From: Squalus acanthias | Taxonomy: Eukaryota | Reading direction: 5' to 3' | DNA length: 64,000 nt | Assembly (NCBI GenBank): GCA_030390025.1 | Contig: CM059431.1 | Location: 126,730,001 to 126,794,000 of the forward strand | Part shown: piece after piece, positions 49,780-63,134 of the stretch | Position numbering within the stretch: position 1 is the first letter of the stretch | Layout: each line of letters opens with the position of its first letter | Position numbers and translations under genes: made by a program | Notes under the pieces: generated by a model | The model's database searches: none | What the model was told of the DNA's origin: nothing | Seen by the model: the letters and a program-made list of their open reading frames with translations, nothing else

Positions 49780-51761
49780 TTTAAGCCCATTGCTCTTAGA
49801 GGTTTTTAAGGCGATTAAAATTGAGAGAAGCCTGGCCCCATCTATGAGGAGAGGTATCATAAGCTTAGCTTATAAAAATAAAGGGGATAGAAGAGATCTA
49901 AAGAATTGCAGGCCCATCACATTATTAAATGTGGATTATAAGATCTTGGCGAGGGTTATGGCAAATCGTATGAAGGAGGTGATGCCACAGATAGTTTTGC
50001 CCGCTCAGTCCTATGGAGTCATAGGCCGGGACATCGCAGATTCTGTGGTCTCAATCCGAGATGCAATAGACCTCATGGAAGAGAGTTGGAGGGAGGCTTA
50101 TGTGTTAAAGATAGATCAAGAGAAAGCCTTTGATAGGGTCTCTCGTGAGTTTTATTGATGGCTTTGGAAACATTTGGTTTCGGGAAAAGTTTTAATTGAG
50201 TGGATAAGGCTTTTTTATTCAAACATATTTAGCTGTGTTAAATGTAATGGTTTTTTATCCAAGTATTTTCCGATTTAGAGGTCAGTGAGACAGGGTTGGC
50301 CCCTGTCCCCATTGTTGTACATATTGGTAGCAGAACCATTAGGTTACATGAAAGGAACAAGGCATAGTCAGGATTGCGGTTCCCAGTTCCAGGCGGGTGT
50401 CAGTGATACACCAATATGCAGATGACACAACCTTAACGTTGAGAGACGGGGAGTCAGTGAGGAAAGCTATGGGAGTAGTGGAGGAGTATTATAAAGCTTC
50501 AGGAGCCAGAGTGAATTACAGTAAGTCCGAGTGCCTGGTTGTGGGAAGGGGTGGGGGGAATGGTTAGAGCCCCTTTAAGGTGGTGGAGCTTTTGGAAGTT
50601 CTAGGGGTGCATATGGGGTGTAAGAAGGACAGGAATGAAGTGGATCGATTAAATTGGGAACCAAAGGTTATGAAAATTTAAAAGATTTGGGGAAGGTGGG
50701 AAAGAAGGTGATTCAAAGTGCACGGAAGAGCGACAGTGGTGTCCGCTCTCCTGCTATCTAAACTATGGTATTTATTGACGGTTGAGGATATTCCTGAGTG
50801 GGCGGAAAAGTCCATCTGAGAGGCTTGTGTGAGGTTTTTTTGGGAAGGGAACCAGGCTTGGTTGCTTACAATACCATTAATGGACAGAGAAACCAGGGAG
50901 GACTCAATTTCCCAGATATTGATTTGAAGAAAAAATCCTTTAGAATCAAATGGGTGAAGAGATTTCTTCAGAAGTCAAATACAAGTTTTTGGAAGAGTTG
51001 TTTTCATCATTTTTTTAAACGAAGTGGGATAGGATGGCAGGGGATATTGTATATGGAATACAATAATATGTTTTTGAAATCGATTAAACCTCTCACTAGG
51101 TTTTATAAGGGAGTTGTAGAGACTTGGGCCCAATTTTTAAAAAGTGTGCAGTTTGTACCCAAGGGTGCTGAGGAATTTTTAGAAGCCCTTATTTTTGAAC
51201 AGGTGGGTCAACATTGAAGGAGAATTATTATTTAATCAAACTTTTATAAAAGCTGGTATTATATATGTGAAAGATGTATTATATGAGGTAATTCCAGGTT
51301 GGTTGCTGGAAGCAGTAGTGAGGGATATTGTTTGGGAGGAGGATCAGGAGGTAGAGGAAAAAGCAATTATGATCATGTAGGAGAGGATTGTGAGGGCAAT
51401 GCAACAGGATTGGATGGAAGAATTAAATGCGCAAATCTCCAAAGGAAGTAAAATGTGTCCCGCTTTTCCAAGCTTTCTGCTGGAGAAAGGGGAGGAGTTG
51501 GTCCAATTTGACAACTGTAATACTCGAGATTTCTATGAGGTATTTAGAGAATGGAGATTCAAGACATCTGCTGGTCAGGTGTTTTGGCAGAGTATATACC
51601 CACAGCTGGACTTCAACAGGATTTGGAAGGGAGTGTCCAGAATGGATTGAACTAGATTTCAAATTGGCTCACAACCGGATTTTTACCATGATGATCTTAT
51701 GTAAGATTGGACGAGTGGAGTTGGCAAATTGCCCAGTGTGTGGGACACGGGATGAGACTCT

Positions 51762-52478
51762 GGGGGCAAAATTGGGTGCCTTTGCACCTCCCGTTAGTGC
51801 CCCCAGGGGGAGCTATCAGGGGGCAAATGGCCTTTTGACCGGGCGCGGCGCTGACATCAACTCCCACCATATTCGGCAGGAGTTTTGCGGCGGTGCTACA
51901 ACATTGCGCCCCGATCTCCTTCACCTGGAGATCGTAACATCATCACTGTGCGCATCGCCCCGGTAGCGCCCTGGACCCGAAATTGACTTTCGCCCCCTGC
52001 AGCAGCGCCGGTCGAAAACACCGACAACTGCAGCAGGCGTGCATCGGGCGGCCGGCCACTTCGGGGGCGATGATTAAAGGCGAGGTGGCCGAGGTAAGTA
52101 AAAAAAAACTTACCTTTCTTGTTCCAGTTTTTTCGTGCGTGTTCCTGCCCGCAATCGATCAGCCCGGCACTCTGCTTGAGTGCTGGGCTGATTACGCGGG
52201 ATCGCGGCTGCCTTGGTGGTCCAGATAGGTCATTTTTCTATTGCAGAGCCTGCAGCGATGGCCCTTCCCTTTAAGGAAGGGAAGGAGCCTTTGAACGTAG
52301 CAGAGCTGCACGGCCCAGTGTGGAGCGCTGCTGAAGTCTCCGCCCTGCCTGCTGTCGACTGCGTTCCAAGAAGGAAGTAGAGTGCTTGATTTAACGCTCC
52401 ACTTCCGTCCTGGAGCGCAAAACCGAATTCTTTAAAAGTTTAGAAACTTTAACACCTGGCTATAATGAAGTTCTCCCC
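51762..52478. mobile_element. GC-rich Harbinger-type MITE in the Tx1 zinc-knuckle region
   Basis: TSD TCT/TCT; imperfect GGGG...CCCC ends; removal restores CPVCGTRDETLSHLMVLC. Confidence 0.8.
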
Positions 52479-52989
52479 TCTGTCCCATTTAATGGTGTTA
52501 TGTCCGCAGTTAAAGAATTTTAAGTACTATGTTTGACAGTTGTGTGAGGTTTTCTTGCTGGGTGGGGACCGAAGAGCGAGAATGGGAATCCCGTGGGACT
52601 CAATTTTGAGATGGGGATTGCAGGAGAGTCTGGCCGAGTCTAGCGGAGCAGCAATTCATTTAATGTTCAGTTTGGCTAGATTTGTGATTGTGCAAAGAAG
52701 GAATGCTCTGTTTTTTAAGGGGAGGAGAATAAATCTAAAAGAGTATTTTAAATATAAGTTAAAAGATCATTATAAGGCTCTGTGGATGTTTTATTCAGAC
52801 AGGAATTTAAAGATAGTATTTTATGAATAACTTTCTGCCTGTCATTTCCAGCTTTGCTTCTCTCCCTCCTGAATCTACACTCAGGTACCCGTCAAGACTG
52901 ATGCTTGGGGGAGCATCATTACCAATTTCCTATGGAAAAGGCACAGATGATAGAGCGCTTTTACCACCTGGCATGCTACCAAGTCCATT

Positions 52990-53450
52990 ATAGTTGGACT
53001 CCATATGGCCATCAAGACTCCTCAGAACATCTCAAATTATTACATTAACAGGAAAGGGTACCACTTCATTAATGTGCAGGTGGTTTCCAACCACTACAGT
53101 ATCAGCCTGGATGTTAATGCCCATTATCGAGGGAGAGCCTAGTTATTTTTCGTCCTGCAACTGTCCACACAGCTTGCATTGTTTGAATGGATGGCTTTGG
53201 TAGACCTTTGCATCCATGGTTCCCAACCTCATTTAGAATGCCCCATGTTGTAGTAGAGCAAAGATACAATGAAGCATGTGCCAGCATTACTGCATGCTGC
53301 ACAATCTTTCCATCAAAAGAGGGATAAACGTGCAACTGGACATTGAGGAAGGCAATGGGGCAGCAGGCACATATGAAGAGGGGGAGAAAGGGGGAAAGAG
53401 GGAGAGACGGAGGGCCAGGATGTTCAGTGCCACCACCCCCATTTTCAACT
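52990..53450 (+). pseudogene. Highly degenerate Harbinger transposase remnant
   Basis: NRKGYHFINVQVV...VNAHY, EQRYNEA and CMLHNL in broken frames. Confidence 0.65.
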
Positions 53451-55934
53451 GCTGGCTGCCCATTTCTCAGCCAAGAAATGGGTGATGAACAGTTGAAATC
53501 CATCCCAATGGTGTGGGCTCGCAGCCTAGTTAAGTGTTTCTTTTACATCTCTTGCCTATTGACTTGCTCTGCATCACTAGTGAACAGTGCTTCACTTGAT
53601 GCCACTTTCTCAAACACATTAATTGTCTGTCTCAGCGGTAGCTGAGTTGGTGAAAGGAACAGCTAGGTAAAAGTTCCACAAGGTGACCCGATCTCCAGGA
53701 AATACTGGAAAATGTCATAAATGGTTAATGATGCTCTTTCTCCAGAATTTCCGTTGAACAGCCACCAAAGTCATGGCAGCAGACCAGGTAGCATTGCTTT
53801 CATTGCCATTTTGGAAGAGGATGGCCCTCTGCCAGAAAGAGCCACCTTTTGTTGTTGCACCTCGTGCAATCGAACCTCTCGGGCTTCACTAGATAATGGG
53901 GCTGGCTAGATTTTGCAACTGGCAGCCAGTCATCTTGCAAGCCTGACTCTGCATATGTTTTTCACATGTAGGAAGGAAAAGTAAATGAAGGAGCAGGTCT
54001 TGGGTCATACAATAAGCCTGCCTCCCACCTCATCCGTGTCGCAGGTCTGCATAGCCCCAATTTTGCTACGGTGGAGAAACTTGAGGATAACATATTAATA
54101 AACATGCAGATACACAAATATACAATTTGATGATAATTAATGAGAAGATTTAGCTCAATTTTGCGCTAGGTAGTCCAGAACTTACATTAACAGTATATTT
54201 TCCGCTTCATCATTATCTCATTTACTACTGTTGCTGTTAACAGTTATTTTTACAAATATAATACATATTTAAAATATAGTTTAAAAAAATTAATTTGTGG
54301 AACGTGAGCATCGCTGGCAAGATTGGGATTTATTGCCCATCCCTAGTTGTCCTGGAGAAGGTGGTGATGGGAATTCTTCTTAAAACCGCTGCAGTCTGTG
54401 CGATGAAGGTGCTCCCACAATGTCGTTAGGTACAGAGTTCCAGGATTTTTAAGGAATGGCCATATACGTCCAGGTCAGGGTGATGTGTGACTTGGAGGGG
54501 AACTTGGAGGTGATGGTGATCCCATGCAATTTCTGCCCTTATCCTTCTAGGTGGAGAAATTTGCGGGTTTGGGAGGTGCTGCTGAAGAAACCTTGGTGAG
54601 TTGCTGTAATGCATCCTGTAGATAGGACACACGATAGCCGCGGTACACAGATAGTGGAGGGTGTGGATGTTTAAGCCAGTAAATGGGGTGCCGATTAAGC
54701 AGACAGCTTTCTATTGGATAGTGTTGTGCTTCTTGAGTGTTGCTGAAGCTGCACCCATCCAGGCAAGTGGAAAGTACTCCTGACTGTGCCTTGTAGGTGG
54801 TAGAGAGGCTTTGGAGAGTTAGGAGGTGAGCCACTTGCTGCAGAATACCCAGCCTCTGACCTGCTCTAATACCCATAATATTTATATGGCTTGTTCTGTT
54901 CAGTTTCTGGTCAATGGTGACCTCCAGGATGTTGATACTGGGGGTCTTGGCGATGATAATGACCTTGAATTTCAAGTGGAGGTGGTTATCCTCTCTCTTG
55001 TTGGAGATGGCTATTGTCTGACACTTGTGTGATGCGAATGTTACTTGCCACTTATCACCAAGCCTGGATGTTGTCCATGCGGGCATGGACTGTTTCATTA
55101 TCTGAGAAATTACCAATGGAGCTGAACACTAAAATCATTAGCGAACAGCCCCACTTCTGACCTTATGATGGTGAGAAGCTAATTGATGAAGCAGCTGAAG
55201 ATAGTTGTGCCTTGGACACTGCCCTGAGGAATTCATTCAGCGATGTCATGGGGAGGCCAAGATTTGCCTCCAGTGACCACAACCATATTTTTGTGCTGGG
55301 TATGAATCCAGCCATTGGAGAGTTTAACCCCTGATTCCCTTTGACTTCAGTTTTACAAGGGCTCCTTGGTGTTGCACTCAGTCAAATGCTGCCTTCATGT
55401 CAAGGGCAGACACCTCACATCTGGAATTCAGCTCTTGTGTCCATGTTTGGAACAAAAATTTAATGAGGTTTAGAGCTGAGTGGTTTTGGCAGAACCCCAA
55501 CTGAGCATCACTGAGCAGGTTATTAGTGAGTAAATGCTTCCATCACTTTGCTGATGAATGAGAGTAGGCTGATAGAGTGAAAGTTGGCCGGCTGGGGTTG
55601 TCCTGCTATTCAGGACTGTATGTGGAACTGCAGAGCTTTGACCTGATTCATCGATTGTGGGATCCCTTAGCTCTGTCTATAGCATGCTGGTTTCACTGTT
55701 TAGCTTGCATGTAGTCCTGTGTTGTAGCTTCACCAGATTGGCACCTCATTTTCAGGTATGCATGGTGCTGCTACTGGTACACACTATAACAGTCCTCATT
55801 GAAGCAGTGTTGATCATCTGGCTTGATGGTGATGGAGGAGTGAGGGATATGCTGGGCCATGAGGTTACAGATTGTGGTGGTATCCAATTCAGCTACAGCT
55901 GGTGGCTTACAGCGACTCATGGATGCTAAGTGTT

Positions 55935-58632
55935 TACATAGATTACATAGAAGATAGGAGCAGGAGTAGGCCATCCGGCCCTTCGAGCCTGCTCCGCCAT
56001 TTAATGAGATCATGGCTGATCCTCCAATTCAGTATCCCGTCCCCGCCTTCTCTCCGTAACCCTTAACCCCTTTTGCCTGTAGAAATATATCTAATTCCCT
56101 CTTAAATATATTTAATGAGCTGGCGTACACTGCCCTCTGTGGCAATGAGTTCCACAGGTTCACCACCCTCTGAGTGAAGAAATTCCCCCTCATTTCTGTC
56201 CTAAATGGTTTAGCCCTTATCCTTAAATTATGTCCTCTAGTTCTGTTCTCACCCGCCAAGGGAAACATTCCTTCTGCATCTAGTCTGTCTAGACCTGTCA
56301 GAATTTTATACACTTCTATGAGGTCCCCTCTCAATCTTCTAAACTCCAGTGTGTACATCCCTAAACTACATAGTCTCTCCTCATAGGTCAATCCCGCCAT
56401 TCCTGGTATCAGCCTGGTGAATCGCCGCTGCACCCCCTCCATGGCAAGAACATCTTTCCTCAGATGAGGCGACCAAAACTGTACACAGTACTCGAGGTGT
56501 GGTCTCACCAGTGCCCTGTACAGCTGCAGCAAGGTATCCCTGTTCCTGTATTCCAACCCTTTTGCTATGAAGGCCAGCATACCGTTTGCCTTCTTGACCA
56601 CCTGTTGCACCTGCATGCTCGCCTTCAGTGACTGGTGTACAAGAACACCCAGGTCTCTCTGTACTTCCCCCTCTCCCAATTTATTGCCATTTAAATAATA
56701 ATTTGCCCTCCCGTTCCTGCACCCAAGGTGGATAACTTTGCACTTGTCCACATTATAGTGCATCTGCCATTTATCCGCCCAATCACCCAGTCTGTCCAAA
56801 TCGCTCTGGAGCTTCCTGGTCTCCTCCTCTGAGCCCACCCCCCCTCCTAGTTTAGTGTCGTCTGCAAATTTGGAAATGCTGCATCCGACTCCCTGATCCA
56901 GGTCATTAATGTAAATTGTGAACAGCTGGGGACCCAGGACAGATCCCTGTGGTACCCCACTTGTTACTGCCTGCCATTCAGAAAATGAGCCGTTTATTCC
57001 AACTCTCTGTTTTCTATCTGACAGCCAGTTCTCTATCCACGTCAATACTTTCCCCTTTATCCCATGAGCTTCAATTTTCCATGCTAATCTTTTATGTGGG
57101 ACCTTATCGAAGGCCTTTTGGAAGTCCAGGTACACCACATCTACTGGCTCTCCCCCATCTATTTTACCAGTTACTCCCTCAAAAAATTCCAATAGATTAG
57201 TCAAGCACGATTTACCCTTTGTAAATCCATGTTGACTCTGTCCTATCCTGTCCCCATTTGCTAAGTGCTCCGCTATTTCATCCTTAATGATGGACTCCAG
57301 CATTTTGCCCACAACTGATGTAAGGCTTACAGGTCTGTAATTACCTGCTTTTTCCCTACCCCCCTTTTTGAATAGTGGGGTAACGTTAGCTACCCTCCAA
57401 TCCATGGGCACTGTTCCCGAGTCTAATGAATTCTGAAAAATCATACTTAGTGCATCCGCTATCTCTAGGGCCACCTCCTTCAGTACCCTAGGATGCATGT
57501 TATCAGGCCCTGGGGATTTGTCCGCCTTCAATCCCTTTAGCTTCCTTAACACCATATCCTTAGAGATATTGATTTGCGTCAGTTCCTCCTTTGCCAATGT
57601 CCCTATTTTTCCCGATATCCCAGGGAGGTTTTTTGTGTCTTCCTTCGTAAAGACTGACCCAAAGTATGCATTTAGTTGGTCTGCCATTTCCTTATTTCCC
57701 GTTATATATTCCCCCGTATCTGACTGCAATGGACCAACTTTGGTTTTCACCAGTCTTTTCCTCTTGATATACTTATAAAAGCTTTTGGAGTTAGTTTTTA
57801 TATTTTCCGCCAGCTTGCTTTCATAAGCTATTTTGCCCCTCTTGATTAAGCCCTTTGTCCTCCTTTGCTCTATCTTAAACTGTTCCCAATATTCCGCTCT
57901 GGCGCTTTTTTTGGCTATTTTATACGCCCTATCTTTGGATTTTATGCTGTCTCTAATTTCCCCTGTTATCCACGGTTGAGTCACCTTTTTAGATTTCCTT
58001 TTATGCCAGATTGGTATAAACAATTTTTGCAATTTTGTCATTCTATCTTTAAATGCTTGCCATTGTTTATCTACCTCCAGTCCTCCCAGGAACGTTGTCC
58101 AATCAGACCTACTCAGTTCCCGTCTAATGGCATCATAATTCCCCTTGTTTAAATTCAGGACCTTAGTCTCTGAGTCAATTTCTTCGCTCTCCATTTCGAG
58201 TGAGAAATCGATCATGTTATGATCGCTCTGACCCAAGGGTCCCCGTACAACAAGATTACTAATTAGTCCCTTCTCATTGCACAGTACCCAGTCCAATATA
58301 GCCTGTTCCCGAGTTGGTTCCTCGACATATTGATCCAGATAACCATCCCTTAAACACTCAAGGAATTCCTCCTCCTCATTATTTTTACTGATTAGGCTAG
58401 TCCAATCTATATGTAAGTTAAAGTCACCTATGATGACAGCTGTGCTCTTATTGCACGCTTCTCTAATTTCCCTCGTGATGCCCTCCCCAACCTCTGTTTT
58501 ACTATTTGGAGGCCTATATACCACTCCTATTAATGTTTTTCGCCCCTCGCTATTTCTTAGCTCCACCCATATAGGTTCTGTATTAACTGAGTTAATATCC
58601 TTCCTTTCAATTGCATTTATCCCCTCTTTTAC
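55935..58632 (-). mobile_element. Young 5'-truncated CR1; open frame 56029-58632 (partial EN plus complete RT)
   Basis: VYRPP, GDFN, SDH, LDFQKAFDKV, KFADD with no stops; tail TCTTCTATGTAATCTATGTA. Confidence 0.95.
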
Positions 58633-58807
58633 CAGTGTTGTGGTGCTAGATCTGTTCATCATCAATCCAACTTAGCACGGTAGTAGTGCCACACAACATT
58701 ATGGAGAGTATTTAAATTGTGGTCTCCATGAGGACTGTGTGATGGTGACTCCAACCACTGCTGCCATGGACAGATGCATCTATGATAGGTAGATTAGTAA
58801 GGATGAA

Positions 58808-60573
58808 GACAGTCAGAATCAGGGGAATTTATAATGGGGACCAAAGAAATGGCAGAACAATTAAATACATACTTTGGTTCTGTCTTCACAAAGGAGGACA
58901 CAAATAACCTCCCAGAGATGTTGGGGAACATAGGGTCTAATGAGAGGGAGGAACTGAATGAAATCAGTATTTGTAGGGAAATGGTGTTAGGGAAATTGAT
59001 GGGATTGAAGGCCGATAAATCCCCAGGGCTTGATAATCTACATCCTAGGGTACTTAAGGAAGTGGCCCTAGAAATAGTAGATGCATTGCTGGTCATCTTC
59101 CAAAATTCTATAGACTCAGGAACAGTTCCCATGGATTGGAGGGTAGCTAATGTAACCTCACTATTTAAAAAAGGTGGTAGAGAGAAAACGGGGAATGCTA
59201 GAGTCCATTATAAAAGATGTAATAGCAGAGCACTTGGAAAACAGTGACAGGATCAGACAAAGTCAACATGGATTTACAAAAGGTAAATCATGCTTGATTA
59301 ATCTACTGGAATTTTTTGAGGATGTAACTGGTAGAATAGATAAGGGAGAACCAGTGGATGTGGTGTATTTGGACTTTCAGAAGGCTTTCGATAAGGTCCC
59401 GCATAAGAGATTAGCGTGCAAAGTTAAAGCACATGGGATTGGGGGTAAGGTACTGACTTGGATAGAAAACTGGTTGGCAGACAGGAAGCAAAGAGTTGGA
59501 ATAAACGGGGCTTTTTCCGAGTGGCAGGCAGTAGTGACTAGTGGGGTACAGCAGGGATCGGTGCTAGGACCCCAGTTATTCACAATATATATGAATGTAC
59601 TGGACATGGGAAGTGGATGTAATATCTCCAAGTTTGCAGACGACACAAAGCTGGGTGGGCGTGTGTGCTGTGAGGAGGATGCAGAGAAACTCCAGTATGA
59701 TTTGGATAGGTTGGGCGATTGGGCAGATGCATGGCAGATGCAGTATAATGTGGATAAATGCGAGGTTATCCAATTTGGGGGCAAAAACAGGAAGGCAGAT
59801 TATTATCTGAACAGCAATAGATTGGGAAAAGGAGAAGTGCAACGAGACCTGGGTGTCCTTGTGCACCAGTCACTGAAGGTAAGCATGCAGGTGCAGCAGG
59901 CGGTGAAGAAGGCAAATGGTATGTTGGCCTTCATAGCGAGAGGATTCGAGTACAGGAGCAAGGATGTCTTGCTGCAGTTGTACAGGGCCTTGGTGAGACC
60001 ACACCTTGAGTATTGTGTGCAGTTTTGGTCGGCTTATCTGAGGAAGGATGTTCTTGCCATGGAGGGAGTGCAGCGAAGATCCACCAGACTGATACCTGGG
60101 ATGGTAGGAATGACGTATGAAGAGAGATTGGGTCGATCGGGCTTGTACTCGCTAGAGTTTAGAAGAATGAGAGGGGATCTCATTGAAACTTATAAAATTC
60201 TAACAGGACTAGACAGACTAGATGCAGGAAGGATGTTCCCGATGGCGGGGGAGTCCAGAACCAGGGGTCACAGTCTAAAGATAAGGGTTAAGCTATTTAG
60301 GACTGAGATGAGGAGGAATTTCTTCACCCAGAGAGTGGTGAACCTGTGGAATTCTCTACCACAGAAGACAGTTGAGTCCAATTTATTAAATATATTCAAG
60401 AAGGAGTTAGATATATTTCTTAAGGCTAAGGGGATCAAGGGATATGGGGAGAAAGCAGGGAGAGGGTACTGAATTTGGATGATCAGCCATGATCGCATTG
60501 AATGGCGGAGCAGGCTCGAGGGGCCGAATGGCCTACTCCTGCTCCTATCTTCTATGTTTCTATGTTTCTATGT
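58808..60573 (+). mobile_element. 5'-truncated CR1 (same subfamily as 1-947) with a small internal deletion near 59195
   Basis: RT motifs; YRPVSLTSVVGK missing; (TTTCTATG)n tail. Confidence 0.95.
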
Positions 60574-60797
60574 AAATAGGTGTCTCATGTTGGTTCTCTC
60601 ACCACCTGCTACAAGCCCAGTCTGGCAGCTCTGTCCTTCAGGTCTTGGTCACATATAGGCCAGACCAGGCAGTTTCCCTTCCCTAAAAGGCATTAGATGA
60701 GTATTTACGACCATCCAACCAGCTTTTTATTTCCAGATTTTAAAAAAAATTGAATTCTAATTCTCAAACTGCCATAGTGGAATTTGAACTCTTGCAT

Positions 60798-61633
60798 GGC
60801 AGAAATATTCTCCAGGGAGGCGGGTCGGGGGCGGCAGGCCTCTGAGGCGGGTGTGAAACCCGGGAGGCTGGGATTCCCGCAGACCATGCCGACTTTAACG
60901 ACAGGGCCTGATTTGCATGTGAAGCCTTGGATTCCCGGCCACAGCTAGCAGATTGAGAGGCTGGCTGGCTGCGGGCGGGTAGGCTTCAGATGCGAGGAGT
61001 CAGTCCGGGGAGGGTCGGGGTGGGGGGCGGGGGAGGGGTCGGCATTCAGCATCGGGGATTGTGGGAGAGGGGTCGGTGGGGTCAGCATTGGGGCTCATGG
61101 GAGGGGAGTCGGGGGGTCGGCATCGGGGATCACGGGATGGGGGGTCGATGAGGGGGTGGGGGTCGGCCGGGGATCAGGGGGGTCAGGAATCGGTGGGGGT
61201 GCTGGAGGCCTCATGGTGGGGATCAGAGGCCTGGGAAGACGATTGGAGGCCTCGTGGGAGGGTCTCTGATCGCAGGGGCTGGGTTGGATACCAACCAGGA
61301 GGTAGGTATAAAACCACTTATCTCCTGGATGCAGCAATCTCTGCCTCAGTTTAACTGCCACGTTTCACATATTGTGTGAAACCCGTCCACATGCAGTTAA
61401 ATTCAAAAAGGAGGTGAAAAAAGAGGCTTCCTGCCTTATTACAATATTTAAATTGACATACCGCCCCCTGGGAGCGGGTTGGTTGCCCGCCCCACGAGCC
61501 CCCCCAGTCCCGCCCCCGCTAAAACCGGAAGTGGGCGGGTTGGAGGCGGGATCAGGTTGAGAATCCCATTTTTAACAATTTAACTGCCCCCACGCTCCAA
61601 ACCCACCCTTTTTTTAAGGGGAAAATTTCAGCC
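60798..61633. mobile_element. G-rich Harbinger-type MITE
   Basis: TIR GGCAGAAATATTC / GAAAATTTCAGCC; dense GGG runs at 61006-61270. Confidence 0.65.
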
Positions 61634-63060
61634 ATGTTCTCTGAATTTTTAAGAACAAATCCTTCAGAAAATCTGCACACTAGGATGAAGATTTAAACCA
61701 GTATAGCAGCATCATAGCCCTGGGCTTATTTTAGACATGAACCATATTTCAATGTTTGGTTGTTAAATTAAAAAATTTCATATGCCTAAATCCCATTACT
61801 GCATGAAATGTTATTACTTTTTACGAAGTAGAAATAGTGGTCATTTATCAACCCTGTATATATTTTTTTTCTACCATGCACAAAAAGCTTTATAGAAATC
61901 ATATTCATCTTGGAGAAAAAAATAATCAGAAGTTGACACATCTGCTTCAATGTAATATTTTATGCAGCAATTGACAGTTAATAAGGTAAAAAAAAAGGTA
62001 CAGGCACTTGTTTACCTGCTATATTAAATTCTGGGACTAGATTTGAATGGTTTGATAACAAATATCATTGGCATGATACAGTTGACAAGTAACAACATTA
62101 TGATCCGAGATTATTTGATTTGTAAGTGCGTGTATAGATATATTGCCATGTGTCACCTGTGTTGGGAGTTATTTTATTGAAAAGGATCAGTAACAAAGAA
62201 AACTTTCTACCATGAACAGCATCACTTTTAAGACATTTAGATTACGTTTTGCAAGGCTTTACAATTCCACTGTGTAAGAGTCAAAATCAACAGTACACCA
62301 AAGCTTACCACAAATTACCGAACAAAATCGCATATTTTCAGACACTTCAAATGTGAGTTTTAATAATAATGTTCAAATTGAATTATTGAAAATTTTGATC
62401 AAGAAACAATTGAAAAATTGGAAGGAATGTACCTTTAATTCAAATTGATTATGCGCAATCAAAAACAACACAGCAGGTAGATCAGCATCTGTAGATGGTC
62501 TGGGATTGGACCCTTTGTCAGAATTGAGAAATTAACTCTCAGTTCTGGCCCTAAGACAGAATTGAATACTCATATCGGATGAATTGTTCTCAGATGCTCA
62601 ATGGCATGGTGTGGATTGCCAGCGTTTTCTCGATTTCCAGCATTTGCAGGTATTTATTTGGTTTTTGATTTATTTTTGTGAACAATGCAATGCATTTAAA
62701 GTACATCGATGCGATTATTCAAATATTAACTGCTGTCAATTGCATGGATCAAGCTAGTTTGGGAATATAAAATTAAATTCTGTGACTCACAGCAAGAACG
62801 GTTACCTATTCCTGTTTCATTTCGCTAATACTTTAAACCTGGCAGAATTATTGCTCATAATAATAGCATACCAATCATGGATTTAAGCAACATTTTTACA
62901 ACTTAAATGGAATTATTTTAGGATTCAGTATTTTAACTAATTATGGGCTTATGTAAATGCAACTAAAAGGACATTAGTCAGTTAATGGAGCAACATATAA
63001 CTTAGATTTTAATATAATAAGTGGTTTCCTGTAATGAAACTCAGAGTTGGTTGTTAATAA

Positions 63061-63134
63061 GTACTGCACTGGAGTGTCAGCCCAGATTACGCACTCAAGT
63101 CTCTGAAATGGGGCTTGAACCCAAAACCTTCTGA
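63061..63134 (-). mobile_element. SacSINE1-like head fragment
   Basis: Matches 1265-1336, including the B box. Confidence 0.7.

Larger units (their letters stand above)
37920..52830 (+). mobile_element. Tx1-type (L1 group) LINE, degenerate, split by four Harbinger insertions
   Basis: ORF1 (~38087-47467: DGTRYIQVRFP, LPYSMKF, zinc knuckle CYNCGESEHIARSC, PKPNV); ORF2 from 47506 (SINVNGL, GDFN, SRIDF, PGSDGL..EFY, RPITLLNVDYKI, DQEKAFDRV, QYADD, CPVC...H....C). Confidence 0.92.
54283..60797 (-). mobile_element. Old LINE-B copy hosting two CR1 insertions
   Basis: 3' end near 54290; RT remnants to 55934; EN remnants at 58633-58807 and 60574-60645; 5' module at 60650-60797. Confidence 0.8.

Noticed and set aside
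58633..58665. Start of the 878-aa ORF (MMMNRSS)
   Set aside because: Derived from flanking LINE-B sequence; the CR1 is 5'-truncated within the endonuclease.
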